Shown: piece by piece, positions 24,377-36,339 of the stretch
Layout: each line of letters opens with the position of its first letter
Position numbering within the stretch: the stretch's first letter is position 1
Source: Rhodosorus marinus CCMP1338
Taxonomy: Eukaryota > Plantae > Rhodophyta
Assembly: GCA_029953675.1 (NCBI GenBank)
Contig: JAMWBK010000001.1
Location: forward strand, 744,001-808,000
Reading direction: 5' to 3'
Length of the DNA: 64,000 bases
Translations under genes and position numbers: made by a program
Notes under the pieces: generated by a model
Database searches by the model: none
What the model was told of the DNA's origin: nothing
What the model saw: the letters and a program-made list of their open reading frames with translations, nothing else

Positions 24377-26200
24377 TCAGGATACTCGTTCTCGACGTCT
24401 TGCTAATGCGTTCTCTAGTTTCTTGAACCCTAAACCGATTTCTTTAGCCTGCACAGCGAGCTCGGAATTCATAAATTCCTTGACAGAATTGGCACCCTTT
24501 CGCTCGAGTACCCCAGCAACACAATCGAAAGTATGCCGGTTGGGCTTAATGCCTCTGCTGTCCATAGCCTTCAGGACTCGAGCAATGTTTCGCTCGCATC
24601 CTTGCTTCGCCCACGAGATCAAGACACCGTTCCATATATTGCGATCCGTAAAAAGCTCCTGGGAATACTGGAACCGCTCACAGTCCTCAGGCTCGCAATT
24701 CCTCGCAAGCGCGAAGAAAATTCTCCTAGCGAGAGAAGCCGAAACCGGGGATTTCATCTTTGAAAGTCCGTCTACGATTCTCGCCGCTTTCAGCGGCTCG
24801 TTCTGTTCTAGGTGTGCGAGTGCTAGGTACCAGTCGTCATGCCAGCTGGCGTCCTAAGACATGCGGGGAGCGAATGATTCCAATTTAAACAACAATCATC
24901 AAGTATCCGATCAGGTCGAATCTTGTCCTCACCGAAATCATCTGCATTTTCATCAGGCGCAAGATTACTTTGACGGCTTGCACTTTCCCGTCATAGGCGT
25001 ACGTTTCAAGCATTGCGTGGAAGGGCTCGGACCGTCGTCTGTCTGAAACTTTCTCTCTCATCCACATGCTAAAATGCTCCTCTGCTTCCTCGTGGAGGTT
25101 GGCTCGTACAAGGGCTTTGATCAAGAACGCACAGTCCTTGCCTGATTGCGAGTCACTCGTTGTATCTGGGAATTTTCTTCGCAGGTTTCTTAGTTCTCTG
25201 CGAGCTAGCTTAAGATCGTTTGCAAGACAATATGCTCTGAATAGCGCCCTGCGGATCTGCGCTGTTTTCTCTAAGCGCTTGCCACATTTCCCGCTCATCA
25301 CGACGCTACGGGCTTTCGAGGCTTTTCCTTGTTTTCCGTAGGCGGTAATCAAGTGAAGACTCAAACCAACCGGATCCTGAAACTCACTCCAAGCTATTTG
25401 ATTGAGAGCCTTGTGAACCTCTCTCAGTTTGGAATGTCTTAGGAGGACCTGCATTTGAACTTGTAGGAACTTTTTCCCGATTGGGACGCTCCTCTGAGAC
25501 ATAAGCTCCCGAGCGGTTGCAAGCCACAGCATGTCGTTCTTGTGATCGGCAATGATTGCATAGAATTCCTCATCTGGCTCTTCTTTCAGCTCCGCTCGAG
25601 CATATTCTAGTTCTGCAATAGCTGCCTCAATGTTCCCGGTTTTTGCTTGAGCAAGGCAGAGGAACCTCTTTTCGGTGACGCACACTTCTATACCCATCCT
25701 AAAGGATCCTAAAGGATCACGGGACTCCTAAGCAGGGTTAAATGCTGTGCGTGGACGTAGTCGGCCTTTACTGACCTACGGAGCTCCAGGGACTGGTTCA
25801 AGGCGGAGCCGATCTCGCCTTTCTCGGCAGCTTCCTTCATGGTTAGCAGGATCTTATGCTTATCAGCCTCCCTTTCAGAAACAATCTGTTCCGAAGCAGA
25901 GATGACCATCGGCAAAAGCCTTGTAGGAGCACCAGTCTCAAGCAATTTGTTGAAGACGAACATTGTGATGTCTTTCCTTGCCTGAGAGCGCTCTACCATG
26001 TCCTCATAATCGAATACCATGCTGAAGAAGTCCCCTTTGGAAGCGTGTTCTTTGAGGGACGCCTAGAGAGCAGAATTCTATGTTATTCCTCATCCCTCTG
26101 GTACCCAAGCAAAATTTCTGTGTGCAGTACTTCCAGGTCTTTGTGCTCCGAATGCTTTCCTGAGCCCTGAGCTTGATACAGGGACGACGGAGTGGCACTG
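24377..26200 (-). CDS. Pentatricopeptide-repeat protein, multi-exon; 5' end uncertain
   Basis: PPR-like 35-mers IWNGVLISWAKQGCERNIARVLKAMDSRGIKPN and PFHAMLETYAYDGKVQAVKVILRLM in successive minus-strand ORFs (25709-26020, 24885-25697, 24377-24757). Confidence 0.75.
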
Positions 26201-27363
26201 CTCGCGGAAAGTGATCTCTTGAACACAGAGCCCTGGAAGAAACACGAACAAGTATGCGGTAGGCTTGAATTTCTTTTTCTTAAACGATGTCAACTTTTGT
26301 GGAAAAGCAAAGCTGACTTGTCCCCTCAGATTCACGTTTGACCTTGAAATACTCGTGAACAAACAAAAGTTTGATTGAAGCTTCCACGCAATGGCTTTCC
26401 CCTTCAGTACGATCCAAGACATCGGAGGATTCTAAAACCAACCACGCTAGATAGTGCCCCTAAGACTATCCAAACGACGTCAAAACCAAGTACAAAGCAA
26501 ACACAGGATGCAAAATATCCTGCGCTAAGCTTCAAGCCGCACTACAAAAATTTACGAGCCTTCTCAACTGCAGGTTATCCCACAAACCACAAAAAAAACA
26601 AACCAACTCAGACCAACCTAAAATCGGAAACTACCCATGAGAGAAAGCCAAGAAGATGAGACCTACTACTCTTCAGCCTACCACTTCCGCGACATACCCG
26701 ACCTGACCGTTCAAGCAAGAGCCTTCATATGCTCTCGCCATTTGAGTTTAATCTCAACGCGGGTTGAAAATAGACGCTAAAAATTATCGTTGTTTTTACT
26801 GGGACGAGAATGGCCAAATAATTATTCCCCAAATTTAATTGTTGTAGGTTTTACGTCCGAACATTGAAAGTATGAAACTTCAAAGCAACCGCTTGGGACA
26901 GCTTGGGACATGCGCTCTGACGTGCAGCTTAGGGAGCCGAGAGAGCTGACGACTGCGAGCGTGAGGAACAGTTCTTGAGAAGTTCCTCAGCCGAGTTGCA
27001 AAACTGACAAAGGTTTACATCCGCCACAGCTATTGGAGGTGCAAAGTCTACACTTTGCGTTAAAGCGGTCAAATCCACCCAGGCGGGATGGATTTGCTAG
27101 ATGACCTCCGCCCTTTAATCGGTTCGATGTATAGGTAGGAGTTGGTCAGATATGTAGAGAGGCGATGCGTGAATACTGACAAAGCTTCAGTTGTGGCGGC
27201 GTGTGAGCAACAGGTTTCGTCCCCTTCGGGGCAATTCACGCCTGTGCCGGTAGGTTGACCATATTGCAAGAAAATGATGTTATCGTAGGCAAGAAAAACA
27301 ATGTTTTCTTTCATTGCAAAAGTCTGGAAATTGGCAGCAGCTCGAACGAGCCTGGAGAGTAGT

Positions 27364-27559
27364 GAGGATCAGGGCGGACTTCATATAACAAACATTGCTG
27401 GTATATATGGCGACGCACAAAGGAAGGTGGCTTGCAACATGTGCGGGAAGCAGGGACAGACATCTGTTTGCTGCATGTCCCTGCGGGAAGCAGTACCTTC
27501 CTATCTGCGTTGCCATGTATACCAGCAACGTTTGTTGTATGAAGTACAACCTGATCCTC
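27364..27559. repeat. 196-nt imperfect hairpin: 65-bp ungapped arms (56/65 complementary) plus an inner 9-bp stem
   Basis: 27364-27428 is the reverse complement of 27495-27559 with 9 mismatches; inner GCAGGGACA (27450) pairs with TGTCCCTGC (27476). Confidence 0.93.
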
Positions 27560-27654
27560 CTTCGGGATCATTGAAACCTCTTGGGCCATCTGGGTCTTTA
27601 TAGGATGTTTGTGCAAAACATTGAGGTTAAGAAGGGACTCCAGTCGTGGTCGTG

Positions 27655-27892
27655 GGTGAGTGTTCATCTCCTCTACGACTTTCGTAGCTTTCCGGAGGAT
27701 CTCCAAGAGCACGGACTCGTCTACATATTTTACAAAATCGATCACAGCCTATGTTTCGATACCAACACGTGAGCGTGAGTGGTGTCCGCCTCCTCCAATG
27801 ATACAGGTTGAGGGCCTCGCGCTTCTAATCGCGTCAGAAACAACGGAACAATGGGAACAAGCGCTAACAACAGATGCGCGGACACTTACGTC
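27655..27892. pseudogene. mnmE: Two degenerate mnmE fragments in back-to-back orientation
   Basis: 27767-27655 (-) matches about 30957-31072 (IDF..VDES.LLEIL.KAT.VVEEM, with the intron end TGGTATCGAAACATAG). 27803-27892 (+) matches 30753-30842. Confidence 0.9.
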
Positions 27893-28224
27893 TCTTACTC
27901 GCTCACTATTTCCACTCGGAAATTCGGTCCACCTTTACTTCAAACTGCCCCAAACAGCCTAGCCCGCTGGCCAGGATCTTTCTGGGCCGTTGGCAACTAC
28001 TTGCGGGAGCACGAAACGAACCCAAAGAGGTAGTAGTAAAGTTCGAAATACAAAAAGTTCTCACTGCTTTCGCTCCTTTCTTGACCTGTTCAGCCGCTCA
28101 AGGCTCTCCTCTCGACTCTGTCGATCTTTCCCAACCCTCTTTGTTCCCTTCGGACGGTATATGGCCACTTCTACCCCCTCCCAAGGCCGTTAAGCAACGT
28201 TTCTGGCCTAGGTCGTCGTTCAAC

Positions 28225-29129
28225 ATGGAAGGCTCTTCATCCGTTTGTGGGTTCGCACTGTCATCTCTATCAGACCCAACTACTCGAACTGCTTACACAA
28301 GTCTGGCTTCAACTTTGATGAGGTCCTTTAAGACTGCAGACAGTGCTTTTGGAAAACTTTCTTTTTCAGAGAGCTTGGAAAGGGAGTGTCGTGGGAGTTC
28401 GATGTTCGTATTCTTATTTGAAGTACACGGTACAAGCATTTGAATGGTTCCATAATCAATATGAACTTGCCCAATCTGTTGACCTTATCGCGGATTGTGA
28501 TGTGCGTTATCTTCGTTGCATTGCTTTCCGTCCCGCAAGGGTATGCCAAGTGGCAGCAGCGGGCGTGGGAGGTGAGCTCGAATAGTGAAGCATTCTAGGA
28601 GGTGCACTGATGCCTCGACCATGATGGACACTGACTGAGTCCGTGTTGTCGTTTCCTTCCGTTTCAGGTTGGCTACGTTCTTGCCGTCCTGGCCGGCTTC
28701 ACAGATTTTCTGGATGGGCACTTCGCAAGGAAATTGAACCTGGTGACGGAGTTCGGGAAATTCCTCGATCCTCTCTCCGACAAGATCTTTGCCGTCGCTG
28801 GGTTTGTAGTCCTGACAGACAAAGGGATCATCCCGTGCTGGATAACAGTTGTCCTTCTCAGCCGCGAATTTCTGGTTCAGGGTCTCCGGCAGATGGCAAC
28901 CGGCCACGGAAAGACCATCCCCGTCTCCTACTTGGGCAAGGTGAAGACGACTGTGCAGATGCTCTGCCTCGCTCTGGGTGGTGCCATGATGGTGGACTGG
29001 GTACCGGGTGACCTTTGGGGAGCTCGAATATTGTGGGACAGTCTCCTCGGCTTGACGGTTGGAATTACTGCGTACACCTGCGCTCAATATTTGCGCGTGG
29101 CGTCAGATATTGTTATGAAAGATACGTAA
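28225..29129 (+). CDS. pgsA: CDP-diacylglycerol-glycerol-3-phosphate 3-phosphatidyltransferase (PGP synthase) with probable transit peptide; core starts at 28461
   Basis: MNLPNLLTLSRI...|VGYVLAVLAGFTDFLDGHFARKLNLVTEFGKFLDPLSDK carries the CDP-alcohol phosphotransferase motif DxxDGxxAR...GxxxDxxxD, followed by SREFLVQGLR and LGKVKTTVQM. The Ser-rich upstream ORF from 28225 needs a short intron to join. Confidence 0.92.
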
Positions 29130-29399
29130 AAGCGTGCGAGATAGAAGGCAAACGATACTGTTGTGATGTCCCCTGATCCTTGGCTGAATGTGAAAGCCAC
29201 GGATGACTGGACAGGAACGAACGGCGCGTTTGGTTTGGTTTCAAAGTTACCTAGGCGGGACGTGGGCACGGAATGAGCATTCACTCTGGATAGCGAGACA
29301 AGCGCGGCGGCAAGTGAATCAAAGCCTCTTCATGAAATCTGCTTTTCCATCTTTGGCACCTTGTAGACCAACTCATGACAAACCTTTCGAAGGCTAGAA

Positions 29400-30060
29400 A
29401 GAGGCTGAATAAACATCCCCGCGCTCAGAAGTCAGGAGTCTGAAACACTTCTTACAGGTACCAAATCCCACATAGCGACGGGCAGCAATAGCAACGTTGC
29501 ACGTCCGTTTTCTCCATCATACCACTACTGCGGCGGCTGGTCCTATCTCGAGAATCGGCAGGCTGATCAGTTCTTGTACGTTGGCTCGGAAAGCTGCGCT
29601 ACTCAACGGTCTTGCAAAATCGCGCAGGAAGATGCCGGAGCTGAGTACTTGATAGAGAGCCGGCTATGGAGCAGAAATACGATACTTTCTCAACGCTCTC
29701 AAACTCGAAGAGCATAGGCGTGACAATTCTCGCTCAGCCCACCTCTGATTCCAGAGGCTTTAGACTAGCTACAAGTCGTACGCATTACCGTTGAGCAAAC
29801 TCAGGCCTAAATCAGGGCTTCCAAAGACCCTGGACGCCGCAACAAACTCACCGACACCGACTGTGTCCGCCTGAACTCTTTTTTCACTGACTCCTCAACG
29901 AGACTGGGTCTGACTCGCTATGAATCCCCTGAGTATTTGAACAGTTTGCTCTTCAACTCCAGGCAGAGCGATGGATATCCAGCGAACAAGGAAGCCACAG
30001 GTCGTGAAGCATGAAGAGTGCTTGTCGCCTCCAGCATTGGCTCATGGCCATATCAAACGC
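29400..30060 (-). CDS. Possible hypothetical multi-exon gene
   Basis: Protein-like short frames (MLEATSTLHASRPVASLF..., GIFLRDFARPLSSAAFRANVQELISLP) that could not be joined confidently. Confidence 0.2.
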
Positions 30061-30187
30061 ATCATCTTCCTCACCAGAGGCCCGACGATTCCTCTACTGA
30101 TCAGCGGTGAAGATGTTTGGATGGATCGATGAAAGGGATGAAGGCAAGTCTTGGTACTCTACATGACTGAGGAAGAGACAATTAAGA

Positions 30188-32559
30188 ATGCGGATGTATG
30201 GATTTTGCAGTGGTGCACTATGGAAGGGAGGCAAGACGAAGATTCGCCCGTCGCATGTGACGATGTCGATGTACTCGGATACGATTTATGCCTTGTCGAC
30301 CGGGGTAGGCCGTGCTGGAGTTGCCGTTGTCCGAGTGAGCGGAGCGGATGCAGGAACGTGTCTTCTGCAGCTTTGCTCCTTGGAGAAGCTCCCTGCGGCG
30401 AGAAAAGCCACCTTGAGAAAAGTCATCCATCCCAAGGCAAAAGAAGTTGTGGACGAGGCGCTTGTTCTTTACTTTCCACAGCCGAGGAGTTTCACTGGTG
30501 AAGATGTAGCTGAGCTGCATGTACATGGATCGTATGCAGTCATTAAGTCTACCCTAGAGGCGCTGAGCTTAGTAGATCCAGAACAAGGCAGAAGAATTCG
30601 TCCAGCGGAGCGCGGTGAATTCACGCGCAGAGCTTTCGAAAACGGCAGAATGGATCTAACCGAAGTATGCACGCCGAATCGAAATAGAAAGCCCTACTGC
30701 ACTTCATATAGACCGGCAGGGGCTCAAGCAAGAATCTGTCAACTTCTGTGCAACAGGTTGAAGGCCTCGCCGATCTGATCGCTTCAGAAACTACGGAACA
30801 ACGCAAGCAAGCGCTGAAGCAAATGTCCGGACACTTACGTCAGTACTATGAGAGCTGGAGAGAACAGCTTAAGTCTTGCTTAGCCTTTGCTGAGGTACTT
30901 AGACTGCAGCACAAGGCCCACCTGAGCACGTGACGCGAGTCTTGAATAACCACTCATGCGCTGGTATCGAAACATAGGCGGTGATCGATTTTGGAGAAGA
31001 TGTAGACGAGTCTGCGCTCTTGGAGATCCTGCCGAAAGCTACGGAGGTCGTAGAGGAGATGAAGACTCATTTGAAAGACGGTAGAAGGGGAGAAATCGTA
31101 CGATCAGGTGTGAAACTGGCGATTATAGGTCCACCAAATGCAGGTGAGAGCAATGACTTAGCCGACATTCAATGTGTTTGCAGCTGGAAACACTGAGGAT
31201 CTATGGACCAGATCCTTCCAGAATTCTTGTCAGGGTGGGAGGGAAATCTGTCGCGAAATGGCAGGCCGAAAAGCTCGGGCTGAGCATGGCGCAGGGCAAC
31301 CTACGTAGAGGCTACCAAATCCTAAGGGTTGTGTTGTTTATGAGAATAGTTGTGTCCAACAAGGTGTTGACAAAGCTGCTGAACTTGAACTGGTCTTTTT
31401 CATGGCGATAGGAAAGAGCTCCTTGTTGAACGAACTCGCAAGGAGACCAGCAGCGATAGTTTCACCGATAGCCGGAACGACTAGGGACGTTGTTCAGGTG
31501 AATCTCGACCTGGGCGGGTAAGGCACCGTCGACCCAGATTCTACTTGGAAGCATACTTGGACAGTGCGCGTGCTGTTCTGTCTATCCGGTGGAAGAAAGC
31601 TGTGCAAAAGCCATGGCTTGTCGAATGCTGATGTTCAGTTATGTTCTGGTGGCTCAGGATGTCAGTAGTTGTGAGTGACACAGCAGGAATCCGAACGCAG
31701 ACGGACGATGTGATTGAGCAGGAGGGCATTCGGCGGGCCTGGGCCACAGCGGAGGAGGCAGATATTGTTCTGTGCGTAGTCGATGCTTCTGAGCAGAGCA
31801 ACGACGGAAACCAGTGGTATGCGCGCTTCGGTCATAGCGAAAACTCGCCAAGTGCTTTTACACATGCAAGAAGCTATGAAACCTGAGCGGATCCCGCAAA
31901 CCGTCTTCGTCTTCTCCTCCCTTTGAAAATTAAGGATCGCGAATGACACCGTGAACACCCGAAAGATCATTGTTGCAAATAAGGCAGATCTCGTAGGAGA
32001 ACAGAAGGGACTGATATCAAGGAGTCTACAGGACGTTCCCGTGAGATATATTTCATGCAAGACAGGTTAGCACCAGTTACAAGGTTTTCTGAAGCTAAGC
32101 TGGTTGTACCTATCAACTAACACGACGCTTGTATGGTCGCCTGGGGGCAACACGTGTAGGAGATGGTATTCAGCCACTGTTGGATGAACTGGAAAAGATT
32201 ATCAAGGACGCGATTGTTGGTGACACGAAGGGGAAGGAAATGCCTCTGATAACAAGACAGAGACATAGACAGCACGTGCAAGGTACTTGTGGCAAATCGG
32301 TATTACCTTTGAGCGAGCTCATATGTCTGATTAGCTGTAACGATTACCTGCTTGTCGTTGTTTATTGAACTTTTAAGCATGTATTACCGCACTAGAGACT
32401 TTTCTTGAAGGGTGTGAGGCCAACGGCGGTACCTTGCCCCTGGACATCGCGACTGAAGAGCTCAGAATCGCGACAAAGGAGATCGGACTTGTGACTGGTA
32501 TCGTTCATGTTGAGGAAGTTTTGGATGTGGTGTTTTCTGAATTCTGCATCGGGAAGTAG
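30188..32559 (+). CDS. mnmE: tRNA modification GTPase MnmE/TrmE/GTPBP3, multi-exon
   Basis: [62 protein letters not shown]1 GPPNAG|KSSLLN, GTTRDVV, DTAGIR, NKAD and C-terminal [12 protein letters not shown]. Confidence 0.96.
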
Positions 32560-32943
32560 GGCGGGAAGTAGGAGATGCATTGCTCTTGTGTGGTAACCGT
32601 CGTTATTCTTTTGAACCTTGAAGAAGGAATCCACGTCGAGTATGATACTCTATCTGTCTTTTTGCTCTTGTTGTAAATTGAGCTATTTTTATTCGTCACC
32701 TCTCCTGTTCAATTAGTGGGAATGCTAGTTATATATTCTACGGTAGCCTAATGTACAGCATTTCGCTTCTTGTCGTCAAGTACGCTGGGTGTCTAGCGCA
32801 TTCCTCACTAGCAGACAATTATCCCAATAGCAACGGGCTGCTTCGACTGCGGCAAGCATGAAACCGACAAACCGGTGGTGAAAACTAGAGCATGGTTCTA
32901 GTTGTAGTCGTCCGCCAGGGCAGATTCCTGGCTTGTTTCTTCC

Positions 32944-35900
32944 TCATCCCAAGTCCACTCCCATCCTCTCTTTGACCCGGCTTACAATGTCATAATTAGT
33001 CGGACTACCAGCAACTTTCAGAGCAATTTCACACATACGTAAGAACGCCGGATCCGGGGTGTGGGACTCGATCGACAGAAAATCCTCTGCGATCTCCATG
33101 GCGTCCTCAAATTTCTGGAACAGCATCAGGCTTCCCATTAGCGTCTTGTACACATTCAAAGACTTCGCTATATCCCTCTTCCCCATTTCCGAGTACAAGC
33201 TTATGGCACGATCAACTTGCTTCCTTTTCGTGTACTCGTGTAGAAGTCGGACATACATACCAACCTTTGGCTTTTCGATTGATCGCAAACTCTGCCTTGC
33301 ATCATCTAATTCCCCATCCTTCAATTGTAGTTCAAATTCCACATGGTCGACTTTTCCCTTCGGAAGGCGATCATGAAACGTCTTCACCATTTCTTTCACC
33401 CCAAACGGATCAGGACTTCTTAACGCCTCGTTAATCCAATTCACAATTTGCTCCTTCTCGGCATACTCGCCTAGTTGGAGCAATTCATATGCGCTGCGAA
33501 GATCGCAAATGTTCTCGGCGTTTGACAGCTGCTTAAGAAACTTGTGCGCTTCTCGCTCTCCATTATCCAAGCTGAAACTTGCGTATAGCGCACAGAACGC
33601 TCTGAGTGATGGAAATATCTTGGCGCGCACCATATGCGAGAAGACACGCTGCACCTCCTCCCCGGACAATCCATGGGTTTCCAACACTTTCACATAAAGC
33701 TCTTGGTCAAAAGCTATTCCTATCTTGCGACTTTTCTCTAGCAAGGCAGCAGCTTCGTCACCGTCACTGGATTCCACCAGCAGAGCTACGGATTGCGCCA
33801 GCGGATGCAAACCTTTGCTCTCCATTTCGGATAGTATTCGCGCAGCAGCTTCTGGCTGACCCTGCATTATGCGCATTCTTATGACTTGGTGGTACACCTG
33901 CGGTGAGAGACCACGAACAGCTTTCGTTCCAGATAAGACCAGTTCCGCTTTTTCAACCTTGCGAGCATCCAAAGCGACCTTCATGGCACTCGCAAAAGTT
34001 TCTTGAAGCCCACCAATCTTTTTCCTCTGCCAGGTCGGGAAATGGCTCCCGAGGAGAGCCAGGTCACTAACCGCCTGAAATCTGAAAGAAAGGGTTACAC
34101 CGTCATAGGAACCTGTACGTATGGACTCCTTCAGAAACGCCTTGAATACTCCAGGCCTCTCAGCTTTCTTTCTATGATGAGCAGTCACGAGAAAGTTTCG
34201 GAGCATAATGTGCATAGAGGACGTGGGGGAGCCCCGACCTCTGAGACTCTGAGGAAGGCTTTCAATTTCCCCCCCAAAACGCAGAAAGCAATCAACAAGA
34301 GCTTCATACGCTTGCCGACTTAATCCAGTTTCGGCATCACTCCTCTTAGAGATCAGGGCGTCCACCGTCCCGGCTAAGTCCCCTCCAGTTGCTAGCAAGC
34401 GTACAATATCATCCAAACTTTCTACATCCAACTTTCGCTTGTGCTCCTTCCATTTCTTGAAGAGGTCTGCACCCGAAACGAAGTCATCCTTGTGCACGCA
34501 GGAGTTGAACAAAGATAGAACTATTCGCCTGCTGGGATAGACGTGAGCTTTGTTTAAAATGGACGCCACCCTTGCGATCATATCGATATCGTGGGTTCGC
34601 TCGCAAGTGGTAAAGATTGGCTCAAGTTCCTCAAGGGTTGCGACATGCTCAAGATGGCGAAGCTTCTTCATCGCGTACTCAATCATGTTCTTGTTCTTCC
34701 TTATGATACTCGCCTTTAGCAAATCCGTGTACATACTGTTCGTTGGTGCTAAACCCTTCCGCGAGACTTCGGTGAAGACGTTTGGTACACTTTCAAGTCT
34801 TCCGGAATCCGTGAGGGCCTTGGTCACAAGCGCATACGTCCTCAGATTCGGTTTACACCTGCTGTTTGCAGACAGCATAGTGCTGTACATTGCGAGAACT
34901 TCATTAACCGGGACCTTTTTGCTGTTTTTCAATAAGTCCTCCATCTCAGAATTCCTATCCTCAACGGTTGGAGTACTCCAAAATGCTCCTGTCAGTTCTT
35001 GCTGAGAGAACCTGAAGTATTGTTGCCATCTATCCGGCGCATTTTCTAGGATTGTTTCTGCGGACGGCCAATCTACAGTGCTTCGACGCTTCTTCGCGTG
35101 CTTGTCCTTGAACTTTTTCGCCGCCTCATGGTCCCCGAAGTAGGATAGTACGGAGTAATTCAGCTCAGCCCACCGCTTCTGTTGTCCCTCGCTCAACGCG
35201 TATAACCGCTGTTTGGACACTGACCTGAAAATCATTTTGCAAGTATCCAAGTCGCCTGCTTTGGAGAGTGCTGCGATGGTCATTACCGCGACTGGGTACT
35301 GGATCCGTGTGCTTCTCGCCAGCGCCTCTTTCACCCAAAATTTCGCGTTTTCAATATCCATAACGGCGACGTATTGAGCAATAATCGAGTTTGCAACGAC
35401 CTCGTGCTTGTGATCTGATACTTCCTTCTGCGCTTTCTCAAATATCATCTGTACTTTGTCATGCAGTCCATTGTCAATGTACACTGACAGCATGGCTACG
35501 TACAGGTCGTCCCTCTCCGAGACAATCCTACTTTCGAAGACGCCCTCCGCTTCTGCGACTTGCCCTGCTTCTCCTAGTGACTTGATAAGCATAGAGTGAA
35601 GGACGTCGCTCTTCACTGCCTTCCTGCCCAGCTTCGCCATCATTTGCTTCATATCGTTGACACTTGGAACTGTACCAAAAACTTTCCAGAGGTCATGCAA
35701 CCGGACCTTTTGATCACTGACGTTCGGGAGTGAGCTGAGCATGACCTCTGTTCGATCGAACTTTTGCCCCCGTCCTTCTTTGGCCTTGAGCACCTTCTCG
35801 AGCAGTGCCAACTCGTTCAAATAGACGTGAATGGAACCTAAATCAACTACCGCCTGTGAACGAGCAGAGGCGCCGGTTAAAGCTCTCATAAGCAGAGATA

Positions 35901-36339
35901 AATTCGCCTTCTTGACGGTATTGTCTGCGGTTGAAAGCACGTTCACGCTAATGGGCTCTGCTGGCCCCTTCAGGCTATCAATATTCTTGCCTTCCCATAC
36001 ATCGCCGCTAAGCAGACCTCCCCGTTCCTCTGGAAATGATGTCTTCTGGATAACATTGTCCGCGTTTTTCTGCTCAAGAGCGGTTCTCCCAACGTTCAGG
36101 ATATTATCTTTAGAGTCCAGCGACATGCACCCTGATTGACCTACTCTCCCACTGTTTAACGCACTTATAGGGTGGGATTCTTTTCCATGAACATCCTCAT
36201 CTGAACCGTCTATGTCCGCTTCCTTTGAAGTACGTAGTTGCTGAGATGCCAAAGCATTTCCGTCAGACAGACTTGAAAGCCCGCGATATGAACGAGATAA
36301 ACGCTTTAGAAATCTCGTATGATACTGGTATAAAGCCAT
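32944..36339 (-). CDS. Large intronless PPR protein (1131 aa), likely organelle-targeted
   Basis: PPR-like repeats TYALVTKALTDSGRLESVPNVFTEVSRKGLAPT, VYHQVIRMRIMQGQPEAAARILSEMESKGLHPL and MYVRLLHEYTKRKQVDRAISLYSEMGKRDIAKS; Arg/Ser-rich N-terminus. Confidence 0.85.
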   Translation of the reverse strand: MALYQYHTRFLKRLSRSYRGLSSLSDGNALASQQLRTSKEADIDGSDEDVHGKESHPISALNSGRVGQSGCMSLDSKDNILNVGRTALEQKNADNVIQKTSFPEERGGLLSGDVWEGKNIDSLKGPAEPISVNVLSTADNTVKKANLSLLMRALTGASARSQAVVDLGSIHVYLNELALLEKVLKAKEGRGQKFDRTEVMLSSLPNVSDQKVRLHDLWKVFGTVPSVNDMKQMMAKLGRKAVKSDVLHSMLIKSLGEAGQVAEAEGVFESRIVSERDDLYVAMLSVYIDNGLHDKVQMIFEKAQKEVSDHKHEVVANSIIAQYVAVMDIENAKFWVKEALARSTRIQYPVAVMTIAALSKAGDLDTCKMIFRSVSKQRLYALSEGQQKRWAELNYSVLSYFGDHEAAKKFKDKHAKKRRSTVDWPSAETILENAPDRWQQYFRFSQQELTGAFWSTPTVEDRNSEMEDLLKNSKKVPVNEVLAMYSTMLSANSRCKPNLRTYALVTKALTDSGRLESVPNVFTEVSRKGLAPTNSMYTDLLKASIIRKNKNMIEYAMKKLRHLEHVATLEELEPIFTTCERTHDIDMIARVASILNKAHVYPSRRIVLSLFNSCVHKDDFVSGADLFKKWKEHKRKLDVESLDDIVRLLATGGDLAGTVDALISKRSDAETGLSRQAYEALVDCFLRFGGEIESLPQSLRGRGSPTSSMHIMLRNFLVTAHHRKKAERPGVFKAFLKESIRTGSYDGVTLSFRFQAVSDLALLGSHFPTWQRKKIGGLQETFASAMKVALDARKVEKAELVLSGTKAVRGLSPQVYHQVIRMRIMQGQPEAAARILSEMESKGLHPLAQSVALLVESSDGDEAAALLEKSRKIGIAFDQELYVKVLETHGLSGEEVQRVFSHMVRAKIFPSLRAFCALYASFSLDNGEREAHKFLKQLSNAENICDLRSAYELLQLGEYAEKEQIVNWINEALRSPDPFGVKEMVKTFHDRLPKGKVDHVEFELQLKDGELDDARQSLRSIEKPKVGMYVRLLHEYTKRKQVDRAISLYSEMGKRDIAKSLNVYKTLMGSLMLFQKFEDAMEIAEDFLSIESHTPDPAFLRMCEIALKVAGSPTNYDIVSRVKERMGVDLG

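Noticed and set aside
33059-36139. Several plus-strand ORFs of 60-150 aa
   Set aside because: Antisense shadows of the 1131-aa PPR ORF.
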